64,000 nt of DNA from Alphaproteobacteria bacterium (GCA_017443235.1 JAFSOV010000004.1:974-64973), one strand, 5' to 3'. Shown: positions 29,021 through 38,552, counted from the first letter of the stretch. Notes: generated from the sequence alone by a model not told the origin. A program made the numbers and translations.

Positions 29021-29097
29021 GGGGTGTTAGCTCAGCTGGTTAGAGCGTCTGCCTGTCACGCAGAAGGTCGAGGGTTCGAGCCCCTTACATCCCGCCA
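29021..29097 (+). tRNA. tRNA-Asp (GUC)
   Basis: GGGGTGTTAGCTCAGCTGGTTAGAGC..CTGTCAC..GGTTCGAGCCCCTTACATCCCGCCA cloverleaf. Confidence 0.92.
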
Positions 29098-29116
29098 GTT
29101 TTTTTGTGTCAGTTCC

Positions 29117-29191
29117 GGCCCCATCGTCTAATGGTTAGGACACCGCCCTTTCAAGGCGAGAATCCCGGTTCAAATCCGAGTGGGGCTGCCA
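29117..29191 (+). tRNA. tRNA-Glu (UUC)
   Basis: GGCCCCATCGTCTAATGGTTAGGACACCGCCCTTTCAAGGCG..TTCAAATCC..TGGGGCTGCCA. One mismatch each in the anticodon stem and the T stem. Confidence 0.85.
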
Positions 29192-30737
29192 AATCAGAGT
29201 CACCGTCCATTTGGGCGGTGTTTTCGTTGAAAATCTGCACTGTTGAGGCGGTTCGAAATCCTGATTCTTGGTGATAGACAGGTTTTTCAGTAAAAATCAA
29301 CCTAACAAGACGTCGTTTTTGCGAAATTGTGCCGCGTGACCATAGTAAATCAGGCCTTTTGAAAAATTCGCGTCCGTTTTCAATGGCGGTTCGAAATTTT
29401 TCTGCGACATTGGATGCAGTGTTATTTTCCAATTGTTTTTCCAATGCTTGCTTGTTGGCATTTAGTTCTTTAATTTGCCCCTGGTATATGTTCGCCAAAT
29501 CTTTATCACCACTTGCCAGAGCATTCATAACCAGCGCAGTGATTCCCGATATTTGTTGTTTTATTTTTGTTATTTTATCGTGCGTCTTGTTGTTTGCGCT
29601 GGTTATTTCGTTTTCCCTAATTTTGCCTATCTTTGTAATCATGGCACAGCATAAATCAAGAAACTTGTCTGTCGCTTTTAATGTGCGCAGTTTTTCCACA
29701 AAAGCATCTTCAATAAGGTTCCTGCGTATGGATTTTTTGTGAAACACGCATTCTTTGTTATGGCACCTGTAATATGGATGCATACACCCCCTTGTTCCGC
29801 TTTTCGCGTAATAGCCGGTTAATGGATGCCCACAATGCTCACAAAACACCTCGTGTCGCAATGGAAAATCATCGGCAATAGTGGATTTATATGATTTATA
29901 ACCCCCTTTGTCTAATCTGGCTTGAACAGCATCGAACAAATCCATTGGTATCAGTTTAACCATTTTCCATTCTTGTAGTGGTATTTCCCATTTGTCATAA
30001 GCAAACACACCAGTATAAACCACATTGTGCAGGATATCATTTGCGGCTGTATCGGTTATTCTGCGACCGTTCCATGCATCATGCGAATTTAAGAAATCTG
30101 CGACCGCATGTTTGGTTGCCAATTCGCCACTGGCATATTTGGCGAATGCTTGCTGTATCAATGTGGCCTTTGGTTCGTCTGGCACCAAAATAACCTTGTT
30201 ATGTTCATCTTTTTGCCTTTTTAACCCCAATGGCGGATTTAGTGGGTAATAACCAAGTGTCATTAAAGAGCGCATAGAGGCTCTGGTCTTTTCTGATAGT
30301 TCGTCACTAAACCGTCGTGCATTTAGTATGTCTATTCCGCGCACAAAACGACCTGTGGCATTGTTCTGTGATTTTCCGGCCACGACCGTTAATAGTTCTA
30401 TATCGTATTTTATAACCAAGTTTTCAAACCGGCTAAACACCTCTAAATTGCGCGATAATCGCGACATATCAAAGAACAAGACCCTTATTCGCTTGTTTTT
30501 CTGTTCTTGGGTTATATATTCCATCATCATGTCAAGCCCCGGGCGGTCAGTTTTCCACCCAGATACCCCGTCTTCATAAAAGAACTTATCAATTATAAAT
30601 CCGTTGTTTTTCGCATAATCCAAACATGCCTGTTTTTGTGACATGATGGTTTCTTTCTTTGCTTGTTTGTCTGATGAAACACGGCACAGACACAATGTTT
30701 CAATTGGTTTTTCTTTGGTTGGTATATATTTTTTCAT
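29151..30737 (-). CDS. large serine recombinase
   Basis: 528 aa. Resolvase catalytic block LCRVSSDKQ and YEDGVSG, recombinase domain, Zn-ribbon CEHCGH..C..C, coiled-coil tail. The 3' end runs into tRNA-Glu. Confidence 0.85.
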   Translation of the reverse strand: MKKYIPTKEKPIETLCLCRVSSDKQAKKETIMSQKQACLDYAKNNGFIIDKFFYEDGVSGWKTDRPGLDMMMEYITQEQKNKRIRVLFFDMSRLSRNLEVFSRFENLVIKYDIELLTVVAGKSQNNATGRFVRGIDILNARRFSDELSEKTRASMRSLMTLGYYPLNPPLGLKRQKDEHNKVILVPDEPKATLIQQAFAKYASGELATKHAVADFLNSHDAWNGRRITDTAANDILHNVVYTGVFAYDKWEIPLQEWKMVKLIPMDLFDAVQARLDKGGYKSYKSTIADDFPLRHEVFCEHCGHPLTGYYAKSGTRGCMHPYYRCHNKECVFHKKSIRRNLIEDAFVEKLRTLKATDKFLDLCCAMITKIGKIRENEITSANNKTHDKITKIKQQISGITALVMNALASGDKDLANIYQGQIKELNANKQALEKQLENNTASNVAEKFRTAIENGREFFKRPDLLWSRGTISQKRRLVRLIFTEKPVYHQESGFRTASTVQIFNENTAQMDGDSDLAAPLGFEPGFSP

Positions 30738-30787
30738 ATTTTTTCCTTTAAGTTTTGTCCCGGATGCCGAAACACCCGGGGGTTAGT

Positions 30788-30913
30788 TTATATTTGGTCG
30801 CATATTATCCACGCATACTCTTCAATCAGTTGCAGGATTTCCTGTAATTGTTCTATTGGCATGTGCGTAGAACCTAAAATGCGCTTTGCCTCAGTGATTG
30901 ACAATAAAGCCAT
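30788..30913 (-). CDS. possible small HTH protein (excisionase/RDF candidate)
   Basis: 41-aa ORF MALLSITEAKRILGSTH... directly upstream of the recombinase. Weak RBS. Confidence 0.25.
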   Translation of the reverse strand: MALLSITEAKRILGSTHMPIEQLQEILQLIEEYAWIICDQI

Positions 30914-31039
30914 CGCAACACCTTTTTGGTTGCGTTTCGGCTCTGGTTTGTCCAGTCACTAAAACAATGTTGTTCATTTGCGCTGGTAATAATTTCGATT
31001 TGTTCGATGGTTATTTTCAGCATGTTTATATGGTGTATT

Positions 31040-31813
31040 TTATTCATACAAGACCTCCGTTGATTTGACCTCGTTAAAAACTTCGCGTCCATTTTGGTAT
31101 TTGATGGTGCGTTCCCCATAGTTTGGGCTTGTGCCACCATCTGATACTGTATGGATGCGGTTTGCTGTTTTATCAATATTCAGTTTTTTAACCCCGGGGT
31201 CATATAGTTTGCTGGCAATGTTTGTTGGTATACCCACAAATTCGCCTATGTCAGATGCGTTGATTTTTAGCACCACATCGCATTCGTTGAATATCTGCAT
31301 AGTATTCAGTATGATATGTGAATATGTGGTTATATCCGGGTCTGTAATGATGGTGTCCAGGTCGCGTTTCAAAGCCAATGTTATCCGATTTTCGCCGTCT
31401 ATAACCAAATATGGTGTTTTATCGGCATCCGGTTGTTCCAATGCTAAATTGCGACATAGTAATGTGGCGAATTCTAACACTGAACAGTTATCATACATTG
31501 GCAAATTCAATGCGTCTCGTATTTGTCTCAATGCAGACAAAGAAAGACCGCGCTTTTTTAGCACGGTCAGTACACTTAACATCGCGGCATCACGAATGGA
31601 CATTGCCTGTCCGGGTTCCACATGAATCAGCTCCCGGCTCGCCCATTCTTTTAACACATGTTGTATGTTGCCCGACAAGAAGTCGCCGATGCCAGATATA
31701 TGCCTATTAAGATTGACCAAATCAATCTGTTTGGCACCGGTTGCAAACGCATCAAAAAATGCGTTGGTTTCTTGTGATATTTTTTTGATATTTATATAAT
31801 TTGAATTTTGCAT
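31040..31813 (-). CDS. hypothetical island protein
   Basis: ATG at 31813 with RBS AAGGAG. 257 aa, no recognised motif. Confidence 0.55.
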   Translation of the reverse strand: MQNSNYINIKKISQETNAFFDAFATGAKQIDLVNLNRHISGIGDFLSGNIQHVLKEWASRELIHVEPGQAMSIRDAAMLSVLTVLKKRGLSLSALRQIRDALNLPMYDNCSVLEFATLLCRNLALEQPDADKTPYLVIDGENRITLALKRDLDTIITDPDITTYSHIILNTMQIFNECDVVLKINASDIGEFVGIPTNIASKLYDPGVKKLNIDKTANRIHTVSDGGTSPNYGERTIKYQNGREVFNEVKSTEVLYE

Positions 31814-31989
31814 GAGTTTTACTCCTTTGGTTTTCGCAAAATTCGCAACACTTGCCCACCACAAGTCATTTTGTGTCAGGATTGTTGCTCTCGTCCACTT
31901 GTCGAGTCAAGTCCGCAGACAAAAAAAGACAAAATGAACACAATAAAATTGCGCGTGGGGGATAACACATGTATGAATCGTAAAAGGGA

Positions 31990-32124
31990 AATCATAAAGG
32001 GTCGTCATAAACCCGAATCATAAAAAAATGCTCATAAAGAGCACGAGCATAATATAGTCACAATGGATAGAATGGGGGCTAATAAGAAATCAATTAACGA
32101 ATCATAAAACCCGAATCATAAATT
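31990..32124. repeat. iteron-like cluster of (A/G)TCATAAA motifs
   Basis: At least six copies. They include the long direct repeat TCATAAA(A)CCCGAATCATAAA at 32005-32024 and 32102-32122. Confidence 0.6.
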
Positions 32125-32423
32125 GTCATCTTAAAATCCTCGCAACTCCTTTGTGACTGTGGTTTTGAACGATTTTTATTGTAGTTAAAAAACGATAAAA
32201 TGTCAAGTCCTTGATGCATATTTTTTGTTTTTGTCAGTTTTCCGGTATGTTGACGTTGTTGCATTAAAGTATGAACGATTCGTAAACGGTGTTATTTTGC
32301 CTCGACATGCGATGTCTTGGTTTTGAAATAGTCAGTATGCCGAAAAACAAAACATTGCGACGTCGGGCACGACAATGCGATTGTCGCATATCAAATATAA
32401 AACCAGTGCAATTAACATATATT

Positions 32424-32680
32424 TTGACTTTTTTCCTGTTTGCGTGTAAAGTTTTTCATGAATCCAAGAGATTGGGTTCGGGGCTGTCACAAGCCCATCT
32501 CATTCGGTGCATAAGCATCGTTAAATTGTTAGCATGGCGCGTTTGCGCCGGCTTTCCCCGCATGGTCGGGGAGTCGTGGTTATACAATAGGGGTAACCCG
32601 AAACCCACGAAATCAATAATGAGATGATTGTGAACTCCCCGGCCGTCAATCTTTTGGCGGTCGATTTTATTTAACCAAAA
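32424..32680 (+). promoter_or_regulatory. type I structured leader, copy B
   Basis: TTGACT-17-TAAAGT promoter. Same conserved blocks as 9410-9660. Helix CATCTCATT/AATGAGATG replaces ACGCTAGTT/AACTAGCGT. Terminator-like CCGTCAA..TTGGCGG plus T-rich tail. Confidence 0.55.
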
Positions 32681-32688
32681 GGGAAAAT

Positions 32689-33333
32689 ATGAAAAAATTA
32701 TTGTGTGCTTTGGGCTTGCTATGTGTGTTGTGTGCATGTGACCGAAACGAAAACAAAAAGCAACAATCACCACTAGTAAAAAGTGTAATAACTTTTCGGG
32801 CTTTTCATCAGGATGTTTGCAAATGTGTTCTTGGGAATATGCCGACATTTGTTAAGACACTTAATTCAGACGGGTATAATAATATCAATGCTTTTTGTTT
32901 TTGGGGTGCATATTTTTGTTCAAACCAAAAATCAGACGAAACCATTATGGCCGCTGCTAAAGTCATTGACGGTTTAGACAGTTTCCAATGCGCCGATCCG
33001 CACTTTAATGAAAGGTTTGTTGCGGCCAGTGAAAAGGCAGGGGTCGATGCTTTGTGTCCCGCTATATGGCAACAAGATAATGTTTTGTATTTAAGCAAAT
33101 TGGCGCATTTAACAAATTCGTGTCAGTCAACATTTGGTAAAAGCGAAATCGAATGTTTGTGTGCGGTTGATAATTATATGTCGCATTTGTCTGAAGCCGA
33201 ATTCAAAGCATTAAAAAGTTATGGGCAATTCTTTCCTGGTTATGGGTGGATGGCGAATACCAAAGCAAAACAACAAATGACCGTCAGCATAATGACAAAA
33301 ATGCGAAATGCGGTTGCGGCATGTGCAGAATAA
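32689..33333 (+). CDS. cysteine-rich lipoprotein, unknown function
   Basis: Signal peptide with lipobox VLCAC. 214 aa. Confidence 0.6.
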   Translation: MKKLLCALGLLCVLCACDRNENKKQQSPLVKSVITFRAFHQDVCKCVLGNMPTFVKTLNSDGYNNINAFCFWGAYFCSNQKSDETIMAAAKVIDGLDSFQCADPHFNERFVAASEKAGVDALCPAIWQQDNVLYLSKLAHLTNSCQSTFGKSEIECLCAVDNYMSHLSEAEFKALKSYGQFFPGYGWMANTKAKQQMTVSIMTKMRNAVAACAE

Positions 33334-33350
33334 AAACAAAGGAGTAAAAA

Positions 33351-34154
33351 ATGAAAAAATATATTTTGTTCACAATAGGTTCCGTCTCATTGGCGGCATG
33401 TCAGTTTGACGGGATTAGCCCAGAGCAATGCAATGATTATGTTAATTCACTAACAAGCTCTGGAGATATAATTCAAGTTTTAGATACATATATTGAATAT
33501 AGAGATTGGTGGAAATCTTCTAATGATGCTAAAACTCAACAATCTCTGCAAAGAAGTTGTTGGAACGATTTTTTAAGAAGACAAGATATAGATTATACAT
33601 GTTTGGATAAAGACAATGTTTCAGATGAATGTATTTTATATCGTCGAAATAATAAATACGAATCAGAATTTAATTTTTACGATTTTACAAAGTTTTTATC
33701 GCAAGATAGTTATATAAAAAATGAAACAGATTTTAAGATGGCTCTAGAATACTATGAAATAAACATAAGGAAATGTGAAGCACTTATTGAAAAAACCAGT
33801 GTAGAGAAAGAAGATTGTGTAAATAATATCAAAGACGATTTGCGTAATTTTTCTAAACATGGGATGTTGCTGTGTAGAAACAGTCTAAAAAAAGAATATA
33901 GAGCCATGTTAAAAGAGCAAGGTCAGTGGTATAGGTGGGCAATAAACCATGATCCGTATGGGTTTTATAAAGAATGGGTCGCGATGACCGGTATTTCGGG
34001 ATATGAAGCCCAAGTATCCATGTATCAACCCGTATATAGCAAAAGTTCCGCCGCAGAAAGGGTAAAAGAAGAAATTGAAAGCTGGGGTAAAGAACATTTG
34101 TGCAAAACTACAAACTATTTGACAGATCTAAAAACATTAGGCTTTTATATGTGA
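33351..34154 (+). CDS. lipoprotein, unknown function
   Basis: Signal peptide with lipobox SLAAC, RBS AAGGAG. Very AT-rich. Confidence 0.6.
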   Translation: MKKYILFTIGSVSLAACQFDGISPEQCNDYVNSLTSSGDIIQVLDTYIEYRDWWKSSNDAKTQQSLQRSCWNDFLRRQDIDYTCLDKDNVSDECILYRRNNKYESEFNFYDFTKFLSQDSYIKNETDFKMALEYYEINIRKCEALIEKTSVEKEDCVNNIKDDLRNFSKHGMLLCRNSLKKEYRAMLKEQGQWYRWAINHDPYGFYKEWVAMTGISGYEAQVSMYQPVYSKSSAAERVKEEIESWGKEHLCKTTNYLTDLKTLGFYM

Positions 34155-34187
34155 CGGAACTGTATAACGGAAAAACAGGAGACAGAA

Positions 34188-34292
34188 ATGGAAAAGATTA
34201 TACTAAAAACACTGAAACGGGTATTAGTTTTGATTGGGTTGATATTACCATTGATAATAATGATAGCGATGATAAACGCATTACTTAAATAA
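34188..34292 (+). CDS. possible 34-aa hydrophobic peptide
   Basis: RBS AGGAGA. MEKIILKTLKRVLVLIGLILPLIIMIAMINALLK is a single TM helix. Confidence 0.3.
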   Translation: MEKIILKTLKRVLVLIGLILPLIIMIAMINALLK

Positions 34293-34497
34293 TGAGGCCG
34301 CCCATGATAAAAACACTAGTAGTATTATCAATGATGCAAGGGAATCTTAATATAGCCCCTTCGTTAAGAGAAATGGAACACCAATTCGTTGGGTATGGAT
34401 GCACGGATATGTATGTATTTAGAACAATTTACCATTACCCATACATATATCCTATCAGTTTATTTAATTTAGGCCACTAAACAAAAAGGAGAAAACA

Positions 34498-34944
34498 ATG
34501 TTGCAAACTGAACGCTCGTGTATGCGCGAAACCGAAAGAACTTTATTGCGTTCTAAATTGGTATCATTGGCGGACGACATTGATTTTACAGGTCAAAAGC
34601 CGCACAAGGCACAGTTTAGGGGCAGATTATTTGAATTTACCCGTGCAAATGGTTGGAAACGGTTGTATGAACAAATAGTTGGTGAATTATACAAGATAAA
34701 TCCAAAACTTTTACAAGATTCAGCCGATGGACAAACTGAATTCATCATATCAGATGAACCGGTTTTATGGAGCGTAGGCAGTCGAGGACCAGCGCAGACA
34801 TATGATGATTCATGGTGGACACCCATAGATGATAATATTTATATATACACAAAACATAATACAAACAAGAAAATCGAACTTATGCGCCGTTTTTTTGACA
34901 TGTATGGCATAGAGTATGCAGAATTAAAAATTTTATTGTATTAA
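34498..34944 (+). CDS. hypothetical protein, upstream partner of the nuclease gene
   Basis: 148-aa ORF with RBS AAGGAGAA. Ends 8 nt before the next gene. Confidence 0.55.
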   Translation: MLQTERSCMRETERTLLRSKLVSLADDIDFTGQKPHKAQFRGRLFEFTRANGWKRLYEQIVGELYKINPKLLQDSADGQTEFIISDEPVLWSVGSRGPAQTYDDSWWTPIDDNIYIYTKHNTNKKIELMRRFFDMYGIEYAELKILLY

Positions 34945-34952
34945 AGGGGAAA

Positions 34953-35882
34953 ATGATGGGGGTTATTGTTTTGATACTGGTTTTAATTGGTATATTTGTT
35001 TGGATATTGATGGTAGAAGAAAAAAAGAAAGGGATATATATACAACAAGAGCAAATGGTAAAGGAGGAATTATTAAAAGAATTTAGGCTTTCATATGTCG
35101 AACATATAATAGATATAACCAGAAAATATCAAGATGTATTAATAGATAAATGGGACCAAAAAACTTACATAAATGAATGGGGCGATCTTGATGCGGCTGA
35201 TTTTTTTAAAGAACTTGAGTATTTTATATTTAACAAAATTCGAAGAATATATGATTATACAAAGTCACCAGAATATAAAAAATTAAAGGAAAACGCTGTG
35301 TCTGAATATGAGTATTTTGCTTTTGATATAGTGCCGAATGAAAGCAATATACCGGAATGTGCGGGCTACGACGGTGAACGAATTAACTATCATTTTCATT
35401 TTACTATGAAAGATAATCAGGAAAAACGATATTTGGCTTCTTGGTATGATACAACCGTTGATATAATATGTGTTTTTATAGACACTATTAGATGGCTTGA
35501 ATCTGTTGTTGGCACAAAAAAGAAAATAACTATAAGTTTACAGTCCAAAAATCCATTGGATTATGAAAAACAAATTGCCAACAAGTTAAAACAATCTGGG
35601 TTCAATGCGCATGCAACAAAAGGTTCGGGCGATCAGGGGGCAGATGTTCTGGCAGATAAGAATGGTGTAAAGTTTGCTATACAGTGCAAAATGTATTCAA
35701 AGCCGGTTGGTAATAAAGCCGTTCAAGAGGCCAACACCGCCCGTGATTTTTACAAGTGTGATTATGCGGTTGTTGTCACTAATGCGGGATATACAAAATC
35801 TGCACGCCAAGCCGCAAATGCGTGCAATGTTATCCTGTTGAACGAAAACCAATTGGATAAATTAGACAATTATATAGAATAA
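34953..35882 (+). CDS. membrane-anchored protein with a C-terminal Mrr-type restriction endonuclease domain
   Basis: N-terminal TM helix. The C-terminal block GSGDQGADVLADKNGVKFAIQCKMYSKPVGNKAVQE..VVVTNAGYT is typical of Mrr_cat (D..D..QCK). Confidence 0.7.
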   Translation: MMGVIVLILVLIGIFVWILMVEEKKKGIYIQQEQMVKEELLKEFRLSYVEHIIDITRKYQDVLIDKWDQKTYINEWGDLDAADFFKELEYFIFNKIRRIYDYTKSPEYKKLKENAVSEYEYFAFDIVPNESNIPECAGYDGERINYHFHFTMKDNQEKRYLASWYDTTVDIICVFIDTIRWLESVVGTKKKITISLQSKNPLDYEKQIANKLKQSGFNAHATKGSGDQGADVLADKNGVKFAIQCKMYSKPVGNKAVQEANTARDFYKCDYAVVVTNAGYTKSARQAANACNVILLNENQLDKLDNYIE

Positions 35883-36511
35883 CTGTACTTATCCCCCCCA
35901 CCCCCCTATGGGGGTAGTGCTTGAATTGTGCGATATATATCAAAGAATGCTTTTCTTTACATGGCATGCCATTAAGTTATGGTTCACGTTATGGGTATTA
36001 TCTTAACCTTTATATCCCATCTATACCCTTGTTATCATCCCTGGTTAGAATATCGTTCTGGATTATATTTATTTGGTTTTGTGGGGTTTGCGTTTGTGTG
36101 TGTTTGTATCGGGCATAAAGTGCAAAATCAACATCCATTAGGGATTCTGCGATATTTATAGTTTGCTCAATAAACCGGTTCAAATTTGTAAGGTCTTGGG
36201 CTGCCAAAATAAAAAGACCACCATTTTGGTGGTCGTTTTATTTTGTTCAACCCCCGAATTTGAACCGCGGTTCACAATGAGTAAGCGAAAACGAACGAAG
36301 CGAAGTTTGAGCGCCCGGGCCCCGCAAAATTGTAAAATTTTGTGGGTGGGCTTACGAATGCCCCGCAGGCGCAAGCCGAGGGAAATCCGAGTGGGACAAT
36401 TACGAAAATCTTAAAAAATCGACAGATGGAGATTTTTTTGATTTTCGTTATTGGGGATGTCCGTTCTTGACGAGTTTTTATAGATTTTTATTATTGTGTA
36501 TTGAGGAAGCG

Positions 36512-36526
36512 GTGGGGCTGCCAAAT
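36512..36526 (+). repeat. attR-like copy of the tRNA-Glu 3' end
   Basis: GTGGGGCTGCCAAAT is identical to 29180-29194. Shorter fragments: GGGCTGCCAAA at 36198-36208 and AAATCCGAGTGGG at 36383-36395. Confidence 0.65.
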
Positions 36527-36698
36527 TTAGTTAATAAAAAACGCCGAATGGCGTTTTTTATTTAGGAAATTTGAGCATCGCGCCGTAGCTACCCACGTTT
36601 TCCGAACCCAAACCACATAAATCGATTTTTTATTCAACGCGATTAAGCACCTGCGAAGGCGGATGCCAAGAATTCAAACCGACCTTTTTGGTCGGTTT

Positions 36699-37055
36699 TT
36701 ATTTTTTCTCTGTCAGATCAAATGATGCGGTTATCAATTGTTTTACGTTTTTTTGTGGGACTGTGCCGTCCAGAACAATGGATACCCAATTTGCCTTGCT
36801 CATATGATACGCCGGCAGAATACCCGGAATGTCACGCAAAAACCCAATGTCATCAATCGAACATTTTACATTTATAATGTCCATGTTCCCATCGCCAGAT
36901 AGTTTCAAAATTTTTCGTGGCACAGTCATTATAATTGCAAACCATTTTCGATTATCGTGATGGCGAAAGACACAATAAGTCGGGTACCGCCGCCACAGGT
37001 ATTCCGGTTTTGCCCCATACGTCTTGAACATAAAATCAATGATATCTTGTTTCAT
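36699..37055 (-). CDS. MmcQ/YjbR-family protein
   Basis: 118 aa. The pattern PEYLWRRYPTYCVFRHHDNRKWFAI..NVKC is typical of YjbR. Confidence 0.65.
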   Translation of the reverse strand: MKQDIIDFMFKTYGAKPEYLWRRYPTYCVFRHHDNRKWFAIIMTVPRKILKLSGDGNMDIINVKCSIDDIGFLRDIPGILPAYHMSKANWVSIVLDGTVPQKNVKQLITASFDLTEKK

Positions 37056-38080
37056 TATTTCATGTTTGCTTTCATAAATGATTCAATCTTGTCAAACGGT
37101 ATCACATCCATTTTATAATACAGGTCTGTGTGGTTGGCACCTGGGATTATCAATAATTCCTTGTTATCGCCGGTCAGTTTTTTATATGCATCTTCACTAA
37201 AATAACGGCTGTGTGCATTTTCGCCATGTATCATCAAGACCGCACTTTTAATTGTGTCGGCATATTCCAATATTGGCATCGTTATCAAAGATAAATTTGA
37301 TGTCGCGTTCCATCCCCGCTGGGATCCAACAGAACGTTTATGGTATCCCAATGGTGTTTTATAAAAGTTTACATAGTCACGAACAAACTGTGGTGTGTCG
37401 TCTGTCAAATCTTCTGGGTTTGGTAATGGTGCAGATTTTGCGATTTTACCAGATTTGGCATCCGCGGTTCTTTGATTATTCATTTCAACACGCACGGCAT
37501 ATAATTCTTCGGCAGACATAGAATCATTATACCCGTGTGCAGAAACGCGCGTCATATCGTACATTGTTGATGTGACGGTGGCACGAACACGTGTATCCAT
37601 GGCGGCCGCATTCAATGCAAAACCACCAAATCCGCAAATACCAATCATACCGATTTTGTTTTCATCGACAAATGGCAGTGTTACCAAATAATCAATTGCC
37701 GCAGAAAAATCTTCTGTATTGATATCAGGGGACGCAACATCACGAATTTTACCACCACTTTCGCCGGTAAATGATGGGTCAAAAGCCAATGTTATAAATC
37801 CACGAGATGCCATTTCCTGGGCATAACGACCCGATACTTGTTCTTTGACCGCACCAAATGGCCCGGATACTGCGATTGCCGGCATTTTGTCGGCGGGTTT
37901 ATTTTTTGGCATATACAAATCGCCGATCAATTCAACCCCATAACGATTTGTAAAGTGAACTTTGTGTGAGATTACGTCCGGATTCTTGGCAAATGTTTTA
38001 TCCCATTTGTTGGGCGCAACAAGGAAATACCCAAATATTCCCAATATTGCCACGATTGCGATTATGATTGCTGTTTTCAT
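37055..38080 (-). CDS. alpha/beta hydrolase with Cys nucleophile elbow (dienelactone-hydrolase-like)
   Basis: N-terminal TM anchor, GICGFGG (GxCxG) elbow, C-terminal HTD/His region. Confidence 0.65.
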   Translation of the reverse strand: MKTAIIIAIVAILGIFGYFLVAPNKWDKTFAKNPDVISHKVHFTNRYGVELIGDLYMPKNKPADKMPAIAVSGPFGAVKEQVSGRYAQEMASRGFITLAFDPSFTGESGGKIRDVASPDINTEDFSAAIDYLVTLPFVDENKIGMIGICGFGGFALNAAAMDTRVRATVTSTMYDMTRVSAHGYNDSMSAEELYAVRVEMNNQRTADAKSGKIAKSAPLPNPEDLTDDTPQFVRDYVNFYKTPLGYHKRSVGSQRGWNATSNLSLITMPILEYADTIKSAVLMIHGENAHSRYFSEDAYKKLTGDNKELLIIPGANHTDLYYKMDVIPFDKIESFMKANMK

Positions 38081-38207
38081 TTTTGGCTCCTTTCAATCGC
38101 ATAGTAGCCGTTACAGTAATTTTTCACAAGCAAAAAAATCTTTTCGTGGGACCCGATGCCACAGCGAGATAAATAAAAACACCACCCGAATGGGTGGTCG
38201 GTATTAT

Positions 38208-38552
38208 CTATTTAGTTTTTTTATTTTGTGCCAATAACTCGGTACGTCTTGCATTGCACGCACGTACAAAATCTCTGTAATCTTTTGGTGTTATAACAAA
38301 CCGATAGAATTCATCACCATTGTTTGCAATTGAATAAACATTATGCGTGTACGAATATACCGCATAGATATCACCAACAACCCATTTTATATGACGTTTA
38401 CGAAACGGACCATCGGTTTCATCTTCTATGGCATCCATCTGTTTGGCCACCGTAGATACTGAGATTAGATTCATCAAATTTTGAACACGTGCCTGATATT
38501 GCTGTTTAATTCTTACTTCGTTTTGTTTTTCCCTTGATGATTTTTTTGCCAT
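38208..38552 (-). CDS. hypothetical protein
   Basis: 114-aa ORF followed by the terminator hairpin CCACCC-GAAT-GGGTGG. Confidence 0.5.
   Translation of the reverse strand: MAKKSSREKQNEVRIKQQYQARVQNLMNLISVSTVAKQMDAIEDETDGPFRKRHIKWVVGDIYAVYSYTHNVYSIANNGDEFYRFVITPKDYRDFVRACNARRTELLAQNKKTK

Larger units (their letters stand above)
29180..36526. mobile_element. integrated island at the 3' end of tRNA-Glu
   Basis: 15-bp direct repeat GTGGGGCTGCCAAAT at 29180-29194 and 36512-36526. Recombinase gene at the tRNA-proximal end. The interior is visibly AT-rich. Confidence 0.65.

Noticed and set aside
36243-36290. tRNA-like fragment CCCCCGAATTTGAACCGCGGTTCAC near the island's right end
   Set aside because: The putative T-arm does not pair and no acceptor or anticodon arms can be built. 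Only the tRNA-Glu-derived fragments listed in the findings match a real tRNA.
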